This document shows, piece by piece, positions 25,095-38,689 of a stretch of DNA of 64,000 bases. The position numbers and the translations under genes were made by a program. The stretch is from contig JANJGN010000052.1 of NCBI GenBank assembly GCA_026770705.1, positions 3,906,001 to 3,970,000 on the forward strand, in the 5' to 3' direction. This DNA is from Isurus oxyrinchus (lineage: Eukaryota). The notes beneath the pieces were generated by a model. It had not been told where the DNA came from and searched no databases. It saw only the letters and a list, made by a program, of their open reading frames with translations. How positions within the stretch are numbered: position 1 is the stretch's first letter; every line of letters starts with the position of its first letter.

Positions 25095-25578
25095 ACAGTG
25101 CAGCACTCCCTCAGATCAGACCCTCCGACAATGCAGCACTCCCTCAGTTCAAACCCTCCGACAGTGCAGCACTCCCTCAGTTCAGACCCTCCGACTGTGC
25201 AGCACTCCCTCAGTTCAAACCCTCCGACAGTGCAGCACTCTCTCAGTTCAGACCCTCCGACAGTGCAGCACTCCCTCAGTTCAAACCCTCAGACAGTGCA
25301 GCACTTTCTCAGTTCAGACCCTCTGACAGTGCAGCACTCCCTCATTTCAGACCCTCCGACAGTGCAGCACTCCCTCAGTTCAGACCCTCCGACAGTGCAG
25401 CACTCCTTCAGTTCAGACCCTCCGACAGTGCAGCACTCCCTCAGTTCAAACCATCCGACAGTGCAGCACTCCCTCAGTTCATACCCTCCGACAGTGCAGC
25501 ACTCCCTCAGTTCAGACCCTCCGACAGTGCAGCTCTCCCTCAGTTCAGACCCTCCGACAGTGCCGCACTACCTCAGTT
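25095..25578. repeat. 33-bp minisatellite, locally homogenised variant (cagttcaga instead of cagtactga)
   Basis: About 14 units. Confidence 0.9.
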
Positions 25579-26924
25579 CTTCTCTGCCGATGCTGCCAGA
25601 CCTGCTGAGTTTTTCCACGTATTTCTGTTTCTGTTTCTGTTTTGAATTTCCAGCATCTGCAGTTTTTTTGCTTTTAGTGCTGGGCAGTTCCTCAGCAAGG
25701 ATTCGGGCCACAGAACATTGCGAGTGCTGTGGGTCTGCGCCACGATTTAGAGAGCTGTGCTTGGCACGCCTATTCTAGTCCCAGTCCAGTGTGGTGGGGA
25801 CAGCCTGGCAGTCCTGGGTTGGTCGTGCCCAGCATGGTGTGAGTGACGTGGTCAGTCCCTCACACACGTCGGTCCTGGGGGTGGGTGGCTTGATACTAGG
25901 CCGCAGGTGGCACAATCCCAGTCAGGGGAGGCATCTGCAGCCTGTCAGTGGGGAGCAGGTAATATAGAGAGTAGGGGTGGGGGTGGGAATCGAGGGGGGC
26001 CGGTGGTCTCTGTAAGTCACAGTACAATGGGCCTCTAGTTGGAGAGAGGTCAGGTCTACATGGGGCATTGGGATGTCAACATCAGACAGTCTAGGGAGGA
26101 GGACTGGGATGTCAACCCCGAACACAATAAGATCAAGGATTAGAGAGGAAGGGAGGAGACTGATTGGAAGGCGGGGAATGTGCACATTATGCTCCTCCAG
26201 CACGATGGGAGGGACTGTGACGGTTACAGGAGTGGGGGGGTGAAGTGTGAGGGGATAGACGCTTACCTGGTGGTATTGCCTCAGCCTCACCCTTTTTCAA
26301 GCTGATCCAATGTCGCAGTTGAAGAATAAGCTACAAAACAAATTGGCAGGGGAGGTCTCCCAGGGCCTGTGGGAGACATCACCCACTGCACTCGTAGGCC
26401 TGTTTGAAGGGGCACCCGAACAATTCCGGCTTTTCCAAATGATGAGGAAGACACAGCTGCACCCCGAGTCCCCTACTGGGGATCCAGACGGTTGCAATAG
26501 CGCTGCGAGGGACTCATGGGCTCCACAGTGACTCCCTAATTAGCGACTGGAAGGTTTATGTTCATTTATCTTTATTATCCGTTCATATTGAGCAATGGAG
26601 CTCCTGATTTGTCACCTTTCTGTACCTCGTCCAATGCTTCTGTTATCAGGACTTCCACATCGATGTGAAAGAGCCATGATGATAGCAGACAGTCGCACAA
26701 TGGGAATGGCACTAGGCCAGTGATCCAGAGGCCCAGGTAAATACTTTGAAGGCACGGGTTCAAATCCCACCACGGCAGCTGGAGGAATTTCGATTCGATT
26801 AATCAATAAATTTAATTGATTGATACATTTTTTTCTTATTCATTTCAGGGATGTTGGTGTCACTGGCTAGGCCAGTATTTGTTGCCCATCCCCAATTGCC
26901 TTTGAGAACATCTGGATATCTGAG

Positions 26925-27850
26925 TTACGATCAGGAGTAGGTCACTCAGTCCCTCGAACCTGCTCCGCCATTCAGTAAGATCATGGCTGATCTGATTGTC
27001 ACCTCAACCTCACATTCCTGTCTACCCCCAATGACCTTTCACCCCCTTGTTAATCAAGAATCTATCTAGCTCTGCCTTAAAAATATTCAAAGACCCAGTT
27101 TCCACTGCCTTTTGAGGCAGAGTGTTCCAAAGACTTACTACCCTCTGAGAGAAAACATTTCGCCTCATCTCTATCTTAAATGAGCGACCCCTTATTTTTA
27201 AACCATGACCCCCTAGTTCTAGATTCTCACACAAGAGGGAACATCCTCTCCATATCCACCCTGTCAAGACTCCCCTGGATCTTAAAGGTTTTAATTAAGT
27301 TGCCTCTTACTCTTCTAAACTCCAGTGGATACAAGCCTAACCTGTCCAACCTGACCTCATAAGACAACCCGCCCAATCCTGGTATTAGTCTAGTAAACCT
27401 TCTCTGAACTGCTTCTAATGCATTTACATCTTTCTTTAAGTAAGGTGACCTTACTGTACAGAGTACTCCAGATGTGGTCTCACCAGTGCCCTGTACAACT
27501 GAACGTAACCTCCCTACTTTTCTATTCAATTCCCCCACAGTAAATTATAACATCCCATTAGCTTTCCTCATGACCTGCTGTATCTACAAACCAGCCTTTT
27601 GTGATTCATGCACGAGGACACCCAGATCCCTCTGCATCTCAGAGCTCTGCAATCTCTCACCTTTTAGATAATAATCTTCCTTCTTGTTCTTTCTGACAAA
27701 ATGAACAATTTCACATGCGCCCACATTATACACCATTTGTCAGATCTTTGCCCACTCACTTAACCTATCGATGTCACTTTCTAACCACTTTACATCCTCT
27801 TCACAATTTACTTTCCAACCTATCTTTGTGTCAGCAGCTCATTTAGCCGC
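26925..27850 (-). mobile_element. CR1-clade LINE 3' fragment
   Basis: SPYLKKDVNALEAVQRRFTRLIPG..LEFRRVRGNLI. Confidence 0.88.
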
Positions 27851-28334
27851 CATTCCTGGGCAGTCCAGGTGCTTCTCCACCGAGGTTCAAATGAGCACAG
27901 TTTATATATTTTTTACTCTCAGTTACAAGGTAATGGTATTAGTTAGACAAAGGCCACAGCACAATGACCCTCCGGTGGGTTGATAATTGTGTTCTTGTAC
28001 AGTAATTACAGGGCAGAGACTGGCTATTGTCCTTTTGAGACAGCAAAGAATCTATGTTTGTTCGCTACAAAAGGTTTCCGGAGGCTGACTGGATGTGGTT
28101 CAAGGCCAATGGACGGTGTGAAATAACCTTCCCCATTTCTTGATTGAGTCACCCTGTGTCCTTGTGTGTGTGTCTCCCATTTCCTCATTGCAAATTTACA
28201 GCTGAACCCTTTGTACAGGTTTTTAGCTTTCACGTAAGGATGTGATTGTCTGTGTACGCTTTGTCACCCTAGCTGCTGGTCCTGGCTGGCTCTTTAAAAT
28301 AAATCCAAATTTTCTGCACCTTCAGTGAGATTCT

Positions 28335-29400
28335 CTCTTGTTGGAGCTGGTCATTGCCTGGCACTTGTGTGGCATGAATGTTACTTATCACCTGTCAGCC
28401 CAAGCCTGGATGTTGTCCAGGTCTTGCTGCATTTGGACATAACTTGCTTCAGTATCTGAGGAGCCATGAATGATGCTGAACATTGTGCAAACATCAGCAA
28501 ACATCCCCACTTCTGACCTTATGATGGAAGGAAGGACATTGATGAAGCAGTTGAAGATGTTTGAGCCTAGGACACTACCCTGAGCAACTCCTGCAGTGAT
28601 GTCCTGGAACTGAGATGATTGACCCCCAATAATCACAACCATCGTCCTTTGTGCTGGGTATGACTCCAAGCAGCGGAGAGTTTTCCCCCGATTCCCATTG
28701 ACTCCAGTTTTGCTCGGGCTCCTTGATTTGCCACACTCAGTCAAATGCTGCCTTGATGTCAAGGACAGTCACTCTCACCTCTGGAGTTCAGCTCATTTGT
28801 GCATGTTTGAACCAAGGCTGTAATGAGGCCAGGAGCTGAATGATCCTGGTGGAACACAAACTGAGCGTCAGTGAGCAGGTTCTTGGTAAGCAGGTGCTGC
28901 TTGCAAGCGCTGTTGATGACCCCTTCCATCACTTTAGTAATGATCAAGAATAGACTGCTGGGGAATTGGCTGGGTTGGATTTGTCCTGCTTTTTGTGTAC
29001 AGGACGAACCCCATAGCCGGGTAGTTGCCAGTGTTGCAGCTGTACTAGAAAATTCCAGAAAAGCTTGGCTAGGGGCGCAGCAAGTTCTGGAGCACAAGTC
29101 TTCAGTACTATTGCCAGAATATTTTCAGGGCCTGGAGCATTTACAATATCCAGTGCCTTCAGCCCTTTCTTGATATCACGTGGAATTAATCGAATTGGCT
29201 AAAGATTGGCATCTTTGATGCTGGGGACCTCCGGAGGAGGCCGAGATGGATCAGCCACTCAGCACTTCTGGCTGAAGATTGTTGCGCATGCTTCAGTCTT
29301 GTCTTTTGCACTGGCGTGCTGGGCTCCTCCATCATTGAGGATGGGGATATTTGTGGAGACTCCTCCTCCAGTGAGTTGTTTAATTGTCCATGACTGGATG
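28335..29400 (-). mobile_element. LINE RT fragment (second family)
   Basis: DITAGVAQGSVLGSNIFNCFIN..VGMFAD..MQQDLDNIQAWAD. Confidence 0.88.
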
Positions 29401-32084
29401 TGACATCTGGAATGCGAAGCTAGTCTCAGTAATGGTGACCATGAAACTAAGGCCAATTGTTGCAAAAACCCATCTGGGTCACTAATGCCCTTTGGGGAAG
29501 GAAACCTGCCGTCCTTACCCATTCTGGCCTACGTGTGACTCCTGACCCACAGCAATGTGGTTGACTCTTTACTGGCCCCTGAAATGGCCGAGCAAGCCAC
29601 TGAGTTATATCAAAACCCGCCACAGACCAGTCAAACCAGGTGAACTGCAGCACTTCGAAAAGGCAGCTCAGCACCCCCTTCTCAAGGGGTCAGTCAGAAA
29701 CAGGTAACAAACGCTGTCCACATCCCGTGAAAGAATTTTGGTAAAAAGGTAGCCGTGTATCACCACCCACGGCCAGCGCCAACCCCCCCACCCCTACCTG
29801 ATTGCACCAGTTTCAGATGACACCAGGTCAATGAACGGATAGAAACCCAAACCAATGAGATGAGCACAGAGAAGGATCAAGCCAGAGAGAGTTGGTGGGA
29901 AGAATTGGGAAAGCAACAAAAAAGGCAGAGCGGACACTAACACTATAACAAAGTAAAGACCAGAGGAGGAAGGAAGCAAGTGTGAAGAGGAATTGAGAGC
30001 AGAGCTGGTAGGCTGCTTGTCGAAGCCAAGGAACCTCCATAGGTCACACCCACAGTGCTGTTGGGGAGGGTGATACATGATTTTGACCCAGGATCATCAA
30101 GTGTTGCACTGGCAGAGCCTTTAAAGTAAAGGGACCTTTACTACCCATGCACCCCCCCCGCCCTACAAAGCTGTTGACCTGCTGAGTCCACCTGTACAGG
30201 CAACCTCCAGACAGTTGGCTACAGAGGCCATTGCAGCTGCTGAATATGACTTCCAGTTTCAAACCCTTCATGAATGCAAGGATGGAGAATTCAGCAGGAA
30301 TATTCCTGCACATCCTGTGGCAGATCCTGTAAATAAAAGGGACCTTCACTCACTCCCCAAAGCTGCTGACCTGCTGATTCACATCTACAGGCAACCTCCA
30401 AATAGTCAACTAGAGAAGACAACGCAGCTGCTGAATGTGACTCCTAGTTTTAAACCCTTCACTCTGGAAAGAAGGAATCCAGAGCAATGGCCTCAGTATG
30501 ATTCTTCACAGAAACTGATTTTAAATCTCATGTCTAAGTATTATTTTTCCTTTGCTTACATTTTAATCCCTGCACCTGATGGCTTTATCGCTTCAACTTA
30601 AATAACTTTCAGCAGGAGCCAGGTTCAAATTGAATGGACAAGCTGGCTTGGGGGGCCAAAAGGCCTACTCCTGCTTCTGTTTATTTATGTTGGTGTTGTT
30701 ATGTAGTGGAACTAGAGAGGTTATAGCAGTTATGAGAACATTAAGCAAACAGCAGCAAGAATTGAACACCTACGTTGTGGTTTATGAAAAGGTTTTCAAC
30801 CTGGTCAACTGGTAAAATCTGTTGAAAGTGGGCTATCATGGCGTGTGCCCTTTGTGAGATATTTGTAACAACGTTCTCGATGTCGGAACAGCTTGCATTG
30901 AACAAAGCTGATCTTTACCCAGAACTTCAGAGGAAGGGGGGACAATTGTTCCCTGGTGTGGGGGGCATGGTGGGGGGGGAGGGTGAGGGAGAGACAAGTA
31001 GCCTGAAATACCAAGCCAGACACTTTGTGAAGACACAAGTTGTTTATTCATTTTTTTTCACAAATCATAATCTTTACAATTAAAGTCCCGACAAGATGAT
31101 GGTGAATCATGAACACATTGTCGGGGTCAATCTGTGCCCGGGAGCATAAAGCAGCAAAATCAGGAGCCCGCTTTACATCACTCTGAATTTTAACTATCAT
31201 TAACCCCAGTAACATCCATTCAAATGACTTAGTCATAAGATTCCTCACACATTCACTTGCACACTCACACACCCACACCCACACAGACACACTGACACAC
31301 TCACTCATTCACATTGACACACACTGACACAGTCACACACACCCACACAGACACACTGACACACTCACTCATTCACATTGACACACACTGACACAGTCAC
31401 ACACACACACACACACACACATGCTGACACAATCACACACATTCACATTGACACGCACTAACAGTCACACATACACACACACACGCTGACACAATCACAC
31501 ACATTCACATTGACACACACATATTGACAGTCACACACACACACACACACACACGCTCATAAAGACAGACACAAACACAGTCACGTGAGGTGAATAGTGT
31601 CGATGTATTTAAGGGGAAGCTGGATAAACACATGAGGGAGAAATGAATAGAAGGATATGGTGATGGGGTGAGATGGAGAAGGGGTGGGCGGAGACTCGTG
31701 TGGAGCAGAAACTCCAGCATGGAACAGATGGGCCGAATGGCTCCTTTCCCTGCTGTAAAACGCAGGTAAAGTTTCAGTTGGAATTAATGAACAGGGCCTG
31801 TGTGAAATAGATTGCTAAGCAGTAGATAAGGAGGGGAGAGGCTGTGGCATGGTGCAGGATGACCTTGCGTGAATGAGGCCAGGGTCTAATATCTACAGCA
31901 GAGACCACAAGTCTCATTTGGTTCTCTCCAATTACAGCAGCTACAGCAGAATATGCAGAGCTGCTGTCTGTCCATTCTCTTCTGGCGCTGCAGCAAGGAG
32001 CCCTGGAAAAGCAGGAGGACAATAGGTGAGAACATTCCGGAAAGAAAGAAGGCATCATTTCAATCAGGCGCGTCATTGGAAGGA

Positions 32085-32700
32085 GGATGGCGCATTTCTA
32101 TAGCGCCTTTCCCCTCCTCGGGATGGCCCAAAGTGTTCCACAGCTGAAGGAAGGACTTTTTCTGAAGTGAGCTCACCGCTGTAATGTAGGAAACGCAGCA
32201 GGCAATTCACGCACAGCAAGATCCCACAAACAGAAATGTGATAATGGCCCCGATTTTCAGTTTTTAACCAATGTCAGTTGAGGGATAAATGTTTGCCCCA
32301 GGAAAGCAGACATAACTGCATCCCATCCACCCCCCACCACCCCCTCCACACATACCCCCAACTCCTGACGCACTTCATTTAAATTGTGGCCATGGAATCC
32401 TCTACATCCATCTGAGAGGGCAGATGTTGTCTCAGTTTAACATCTCATCTGAAAGACAGCGCATTCAACAGTGCAGCACCCCCTCAGTACTGACCCTCCG
32501 ACTGTGCAGCACTCCCTCAGTACTGACCGTCTGACAATGCAGCACCCCCTCAGTACTGACCCTCCGACTGTGCAGTCCCCCGCCGGTACTGACCTTCTGA
32601 CAATGCAGCACTCCAAGACTGACTGTCTGACAATGCAGCACCCCCTCAGTACTGACCCTCCGACTCTCCTGCCCCCCCGCTGGTACTGACCCTCCGACAA
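32085..32700 (-). mobile_element. SacSINE1/DeuSINE-like SINE with an expanded 33-bp internal repeat
   Basis: L2-type tail (gcatttctatagcgcctttc), gcacagcaagatcccacaaacag core, tandem 33-mers. Confidence 0.7.
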
Positions 32701-32977
32701 ATCGGTAATTTCTCAATTATGCCTGGTGGTCCTTTTAACTCAGAGCTGAGAGTTGCAGAGAATCGAGCAGACACCCTGAACTGACACTTGCAGTGCAAGT
32801 ACTGGGAGCGCGCTGGTCATTATCATGCTGCTGTCTGTGGGATCTTACTGTGCGCCAATGGCTGATTCTTTTCCCACAGTACATCAGTGACCTCACATGA
32901 AAGAAAAAAAGCACTTGATTGTCTGCGAAACAGTTTGGGACGTCCTGATGTGTTGGAAGGCGCTAGAGAAATGCAAG

Positions 32978-33126
32978 AGTTGACGTTTCGAGTCCTCATG
33001 ACCCTTCTGAGGACTCGAAACGTCAACTCTTTTCTTCTCCGCCGATGCTGCCAGACCTGCTGAGTTTTTTCAGGTAATTCTGTTTTTGTTTTGGCTTTCC
33101 AGCATCTGCAGTTTTCTTTGTTTTTA
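32978..33126 (-). mobile_element. Short Penelope-like element end with an inverted segment and a 14-bp target-site duplication
   Basis: TAGAGAAATGCAAG at 32964-32977 and 33127-33140; 24-bp perfect inverted repeat; related ends at ~25580 and ~40680. Confidence 0.7.
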
Positions 33127-34549
33127 TAGAGAAATGCAAGTCCTCTTTGTCTTTCACTCGATCCTCTAAGGTGTCTGTTGATTAACCAGCCTCTCGGTGT
33201 TTGATGTAGGCCTGGTTATAAACAGGTAGAAGGATCAAATATCAAAAATGCTTTGGCTGACAGTCAAACCGATTGTGCATTCGGAGAGATTAGATACGGT
33301 CTGCACACAATGACTCCAGTCTCTGGCACTGACTGCCGCCTGGGGTCTCCCTTCCACATAACACTCACAACTTGCATTTACACAGCGCCTCTGACATTGC
33401 AAAATGTCCCAGCCCACATTACCGGAGCGTAAATCAGAGAGAAGTCTAACACTGAGTCACATATGGAGATATTAGGGATAGGTGACCAAAAGCTTGGTCA
33501 AAGATGTCAGTTTTTAAGGAGCGTCTTAAAGGAGAGAGAGAGAGAGAGGCAGAGAGGTTAAGGGAGGGTATTCCGGAGCTCAGGGCCCCAGGCAGCTGAA
33601 GGCACGGCCACCAATGGTGGAGCGTTGGGAATCAGGGGGACCCGGGAGATGCAGGAATTTCAGAGATTTTGGAGGAACATCGGGACCGGAGGAGGTGTTC
33701 TCCTGCTCCATATCTCTCTCTCTCTTCCTCTCTTCCACTCCTCCTCTCCCTGTCTCTCTCTCTCCTACTCTTCCGCTCAATTGCCCTCTCTCCCAATCTT
33801 TCTCTCCTCTCTCCCTTTTCCTGTCTCTCTCCCTCTCTCTCCCTGTCTCCTTCTCCCACTCTGTATCTCTCCCTCTCTCTCACACTATTTTTGTAACTTT
33901 CGCTCACTCTGTAACTCTCCCTTTCCTGTTAATTTCTCTCTCTTGGACAATCTCTCTTCTCTTTTCACTTTCCCTCACTCTGCATCTCTTTAATTTCTCC
34001 CTCTGTCACTCTCTCCCACCTATGTTCTTTCCCTTTCACCCCTCCCCGTCCCACTCTCTGTCTCTCTCTTCCAATCCCTCCCTCCCCCATTCCATCCCTC
34101 TCTCCGACTCTCGACTCCCAGCCTCTCTTTAACCCACTCCCAGGCTGGATCAGTCTCCCTCTCACTATTCCCGGCGTGGGTTACATTTAAAATTCCTGTG
34201 GGGATATGTTCACTTCCTTGGAATTGCCTCTTCCCAGCTTTGCAAAAAAATTGAGGGGGGGCTCGATTTCAAACATGCCTCCTGAGTATAACCGAGACAG
34301 ACTGCCACTGAAATCAGCTTGAAATCAGAAAACTTTCTGTGGAAGAAACGAGCAGGGAGAAACCTTAAAATAAGGAATGAATTTCCACCTACCGTGTCCG
34401 GGGAATCCACAGATTTCTCAATCGTCGAAGAACCTAAAGCAGTGTCAACCTGCAAAAAGAAAGAATTTATCAGGGAGAAAGTGAGAGGAGGATTGAGGGA
34501 GAGGGAGAGAGAGAGAGAGAGGTACAGGAGAGAGAGGGGGAGGAGGACA

Positions 34550-35130
34550 GACTTGCATTTCTCTAACGCCTTTCACCACATCCCAAAGCATTTCACAGCC
34601 ACTGAAGGATGTTTTTGAAGTGCACTCACACTGTAGGAAATGTGGCAGCTGATTTGTGCACAGCAAGATCCCACAAATAGCAATGTGATCATGGCCTAGA
34701 TCATCTGTTTTTGGTGATGTTGGGTGAGGGATAAATATTGGTGCCAGGACACCGGGGAGAACACCCCCTGCTCTTCCTCCAAATAGTGGCTGTGGGATCT
34801 TTCACACCCGCCTGAGAGGGCAGACGGGGGACTCAGTTTAATGTCTCATTCAACATTGTTGTGCTCCCTCAGTACTAACCCTTTGACACTGCAGCACTCC
34901 CTCAGTACTAACCCTTCGATAGTGCTGCACTCCCACAGTACTGACCCTGTAACAATGCAGCACTTCCTCAGTACTGACCTCCGACAGTATAGCACTCCCT
35001 CAGCGCTGTCCCTCCAATAGTGCAACACTTCCACACTACTGACCCTCTGACAGTGCAGCACTCCCTCAGCACGGAGTGTTGACCGACGTTATGGGACTGA
35101 ATTCCCTGGAGTGAGACTCAGACCAGAGAT
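34550..35130 (-). mobile_element. SacSINE1/DeuSINE-like SINE with an expanded 33-bp internal repeat
   Basis: Same core and tail as 32085-32700 and 63085-63345. Confidence 0.75.
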
Positions 35131-35145
35131 TTAGGTAGGGTTGTT

Positions 35146-36800
35146 CCGGCTGGAGGAGGTTACAGAGATAGGGAGGGTTGTAGAGGCTGTAGGAGGTAAC
35201 AGAGATAGGGAGGATTCTAGAGGCTGTAGGAGGTTACAGAGATAGGGAGGGTTGTAGGGGCTGTAGGAGGTTACAGAGATAGGGAGGTGAGTAGGGGCTG
35301 TAGGAGGTTAAAGAGATGGGGGGGTTGTGGGGGCTGGAGGAGGTTACAGAGGTAGGGAGGGTTGTAGAGGCTGGAGGAGGTTACCAAAATAGATACTGTT
35401 GTAGGGGCCACAGTAGGTTACAGAGATAGGGAGAGTTATAGTGTGGAGAGGACGTTATAGAGTTCATGAGCATTGTAGGGGCTGGAGGAGGTTACAGTGA
35501 TTCTGAGGGTCGTGGGGCCTGGAGGAGGTTACAGAGATAGGGAGGGTTGTAGGGTCTGGAGGAGGTTACAGAGATAGGGAGGGTTGTAGGGTCTGGAGCA
35601 GGTTACAGAGATAGGGAGGGTTGTAGGGTCTAGAGGAGGTTACAGTGATCATGAGGGTTGTGGGGCCTGGGGGAGGTTACAGAGATAGGTAGGGTTGTAG
35701 GGGCTGGAGGAGGTTACAGAGATAGGGAGGTTTATAGGGGCTGGAGGAGGTTACAGAGATAGGGAGGGTTGTAGGGGCTGGAGGAGGTTACGGAGATAGG
35801 GAGTGTTGTAGGGGCTGGAGGAGGTAACAGAGATAGGGACAGTTGTAGGGGCTGGAGGAAGTTACAGAGATAGGGAGGGTTGTAGGGGCTGGAGGAGGTT
35901 ACAGATATAGGGAGGGTTGTAGCGGCTGGAGAAGGTTACAGAGATAGGGAGGGGTGTAGGAGCTGGAGGAGGTTACAGAGATAGGGAGGGTTGTAAGGCC
36001 TGGTGGAGGTTACAGAGATAGGGAGGGGTGTAGGGGCTGGAGGAGGTTACAGAGATAGGGAGGGTTGTAGGGGCTGGAGGAGGTTACAGATATAGGGAGG
36101 GTTGTAGAGGCTGTAGGAGGTAACAGAGATAGGGAGGATTCTAGAGGCTGTAGGAGGTTACAGAGATAGGGAGGGTTGTAGGGGCTGTAGGAGGTTACAG
36201 AGATAGGGAGGTGAGTAGGGGCTGTAGGAGGTTAATGAGATGGGGGGGTTGTGGGGGCTGGAGGAGGTTACAGAGGTAGGGAGGGTTGTAGAGGCTGGAG
36301 GAGGTTACCAAAATAGATACTGTTGTAGGGGCCACAGTAGGTTACAGAGATAGGGAGAGTTATAGTGTGGAGAGGACGTTATAGAGTTCATGAGCATTGT
36401 AGGGGCTGGAGGAGGTTACAGTGATTCTGAGGGTCGTGGGGCCTGGAGGAGGTTACAGAGATAGGGAGGGTTGTAGGGTCTGGAGGAGGTTACAGAGATA
36501 GGGAGGGTTGTAGGGGCTGGAGCAGGTTACAGAGATAGGGAGGGTTGTAGGGTCTAGAGGAGGTTACAGTGATCATGAGGGTTGTGGGGCCTGGGGGAGG
36601 TTACAGAGATAGGTAGGGTTGTAGGGGCTGGAGGAGGTAACAGAGATAGGGACAGTTGTAGGGGCTGGAGGAAGTTACAGAGATAGGGAAGGTTGTAGGG
36701 GCTGGAGGAGGTTACAGAGATAGGGAGGGTTGTAGGGGCTGGAGGAGTTTACAGAGATAGGGAGGGTTGTACGGGCTGGAGGAGGTTACAGAGATAGGGA
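35146..36800 (+). repeat. 37-bp G-rich minisatellite (ggggctggaggaggttacagagatagggagggttgta)n with higher-order structure
   Basis: About 44 units; the variant block at ~35184 recurs at ~36109. Confidence 0.92.
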
Positions 36801-37544
36801 GTCGCTGAGGAGGGATTGAAAACAAGAATGAGAATTTCAGGGGAAACGACAGAAGGAAATGATGTTAAATTCATAGAGGGCGACAATATTAAAGGCACGA
36901 ACATAATAATATCAACCTGCAGAAGAGACCAGTCTATCTGGGTGATAGACGTAGAGTCATGTGCAAGAAACACCTCACCCAGAAGGACATCTCTTAGCTT
37001 ACCCTCGACAAGGAGAAGAAGTGACTCAGCTGCAGGGAGAGCAGCAAAGTCAGAGTGAACAAGACAAGTCGCCATTTCATCTGGGAGCTTCCCATCTCTG
37101 CCTGTCTCTTCTGATCTTCTGGCTCTGCTTTGATGCTTTGGTTTGTAACTAGAGGAGCTTCCTGCTCTTATACCTGAAACACTTGAAGGGGACAGCCGGG
37201 GGCGGGTAGCTGTGTGGTATCACACCCATTTCTGGATATTGCAGTGTCGATGTTCCCTGTCCCACTGGCCTGGGACCAGCAGTAAGGTCACTGGGACATT
37301 GACTGTCTGGCGCCGAGAACTATCAGTCCCTCCGCAACGCCCTTCACCTTGTGCAAATATGTGTTCATATTGATGCAACACAACATAGCAAAAACATAGG
37401 GGCTGGTTCTTATGTCGGCAAATCAGGTGAAGCGCACGCCCCCTAACCCCTTACTCCTCTCATTGCTACACTTACTATTTTACAAATTGTGTGCGTTGCT
37501 TTTATTTTGGACAAGGGGCCTCGAGGGGGAACTGATTTACAATT

Positions 37545-37770
37545 TGTAACCTCCTCCAGCCCCTACAACCCTCCCTATACCTGTAACCTCCTCCAGCCCC
37601 TACAACCCTCCCTATCTCTGGAACAGCTTCCAGCACCTACAACCCTCCCTATCTCTGTAACCTCCTCCAGCCCCTACAACACTCCTTATCTCTGTAACCT
37701 CCTCCAGCCCCTACAACCCTCCCTATCTCTGTAACCTCCTCCAGCCCCTGTAACCCTCCCCATCTCTTGA
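37545..37770 (-). repeat. Inverted array of the same 37-bp minisatellite
   Basis: (cctccagcccctacaaccctccctatctctgtaacct)n. Confidence 0.9.
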
Positions 37771-38149
37771 AGGGTTCTCAAAATTTCCAACTGTCAAGGA
37801 ACCCTGGGTTGGTGAGCGTGACCCCTGACCTCTCCTAGTGCAATTTAGTTAGGGTTTGGGGGTGGGACAAGGGTAAGGGCATTAGTAGCGTGATTCTCCC
37901 TCGTTATGCCGTGTGTTCCCCATTCTTAACTCAGTGTACTTTGTAAGTCTGTATAATCTCAGTGTCATCCTAATGTTAGAAGTTCATTTGTGACTTCAGT
38001 AAACTCAGTTTTTGTCTTGCACCAAAACCAGTTGTCTGCTGCACTTTGTGACAAGCCCCGAATAAGTCCAAGGTCTAGAACCCAGGGAGTGGGAGCGATT
38101 CAGACGGCTCAGAAGTCGCAGGTGAAGCTGACACACACCACCACACCCT

Positions 38150-38435
38150 ACAAGGGGCTGAATGGCCTCCTCCTGTTCCTGTGTAATGGGCTTCAGTGGC
38201 TGAATGGCCTCCTCCTGTTCCTGTATAACGGACATAAGTGGCAGAATGGCCTCCTCTTGTTCCTGTGTAACGGACATAAGTGGCAGAATGGCCTCCTCCT
38301 GTTTCTGTGTAACAGTCTTGAGGGGGCTGAATGGCCTCCTCCTGTTCCTGTGTAACAGGCTTGAGGGGGCTGAATGGCCTCCTCCTGTTCCTGTGTAACA
38401 GGCTCGACGGGCTGAATGGCCTCCTTCTGCTCTGT
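38150..38435 (+). repeat. ~39-bp tandem repeat derived from a CR1/HE1-type 3' tail (gctgaatggcctcctcctgttcctgtgtaac..)
   Basis: About 7 units. Confidence 0.85.
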
Positions 38436-38689
38436 AAAATTGTTGTGATACTGTAACTGCCTCTTTGGTTTCATTCAGCTGAATCTTCAGCTCTTCAGTC
38501 TCTTCCTTGTATCTCTTGCCTTCCTCCTGGAACATTGGACATGGTTGGGTCTTCCCTGCCAACTGTTTCTTCAGTTTGCTCAGAGCGGCACAGAATTCGC
38601 TTTCTTTCTCTTCAGGATTTTCCAGTGGAACCAACTCTGACCTGAGGGACACTTGCAGCCTGTGAGGATGCTTCAATTCTTCAAACTCA

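Noticed and set aside
25095-25578. CRISPR-like appearance of the 33-bp and 37-bp repeats
   Set aside because: Head-to-tail units with no unique spacers, no cas genes, and a eukaryotic context.
36961-37152. KASH5 or CCDC88 identity for the coiled-coil remnants
   Set aside because: Only compositional resemblance; no KASH PPP terminus or diagnostic motif.
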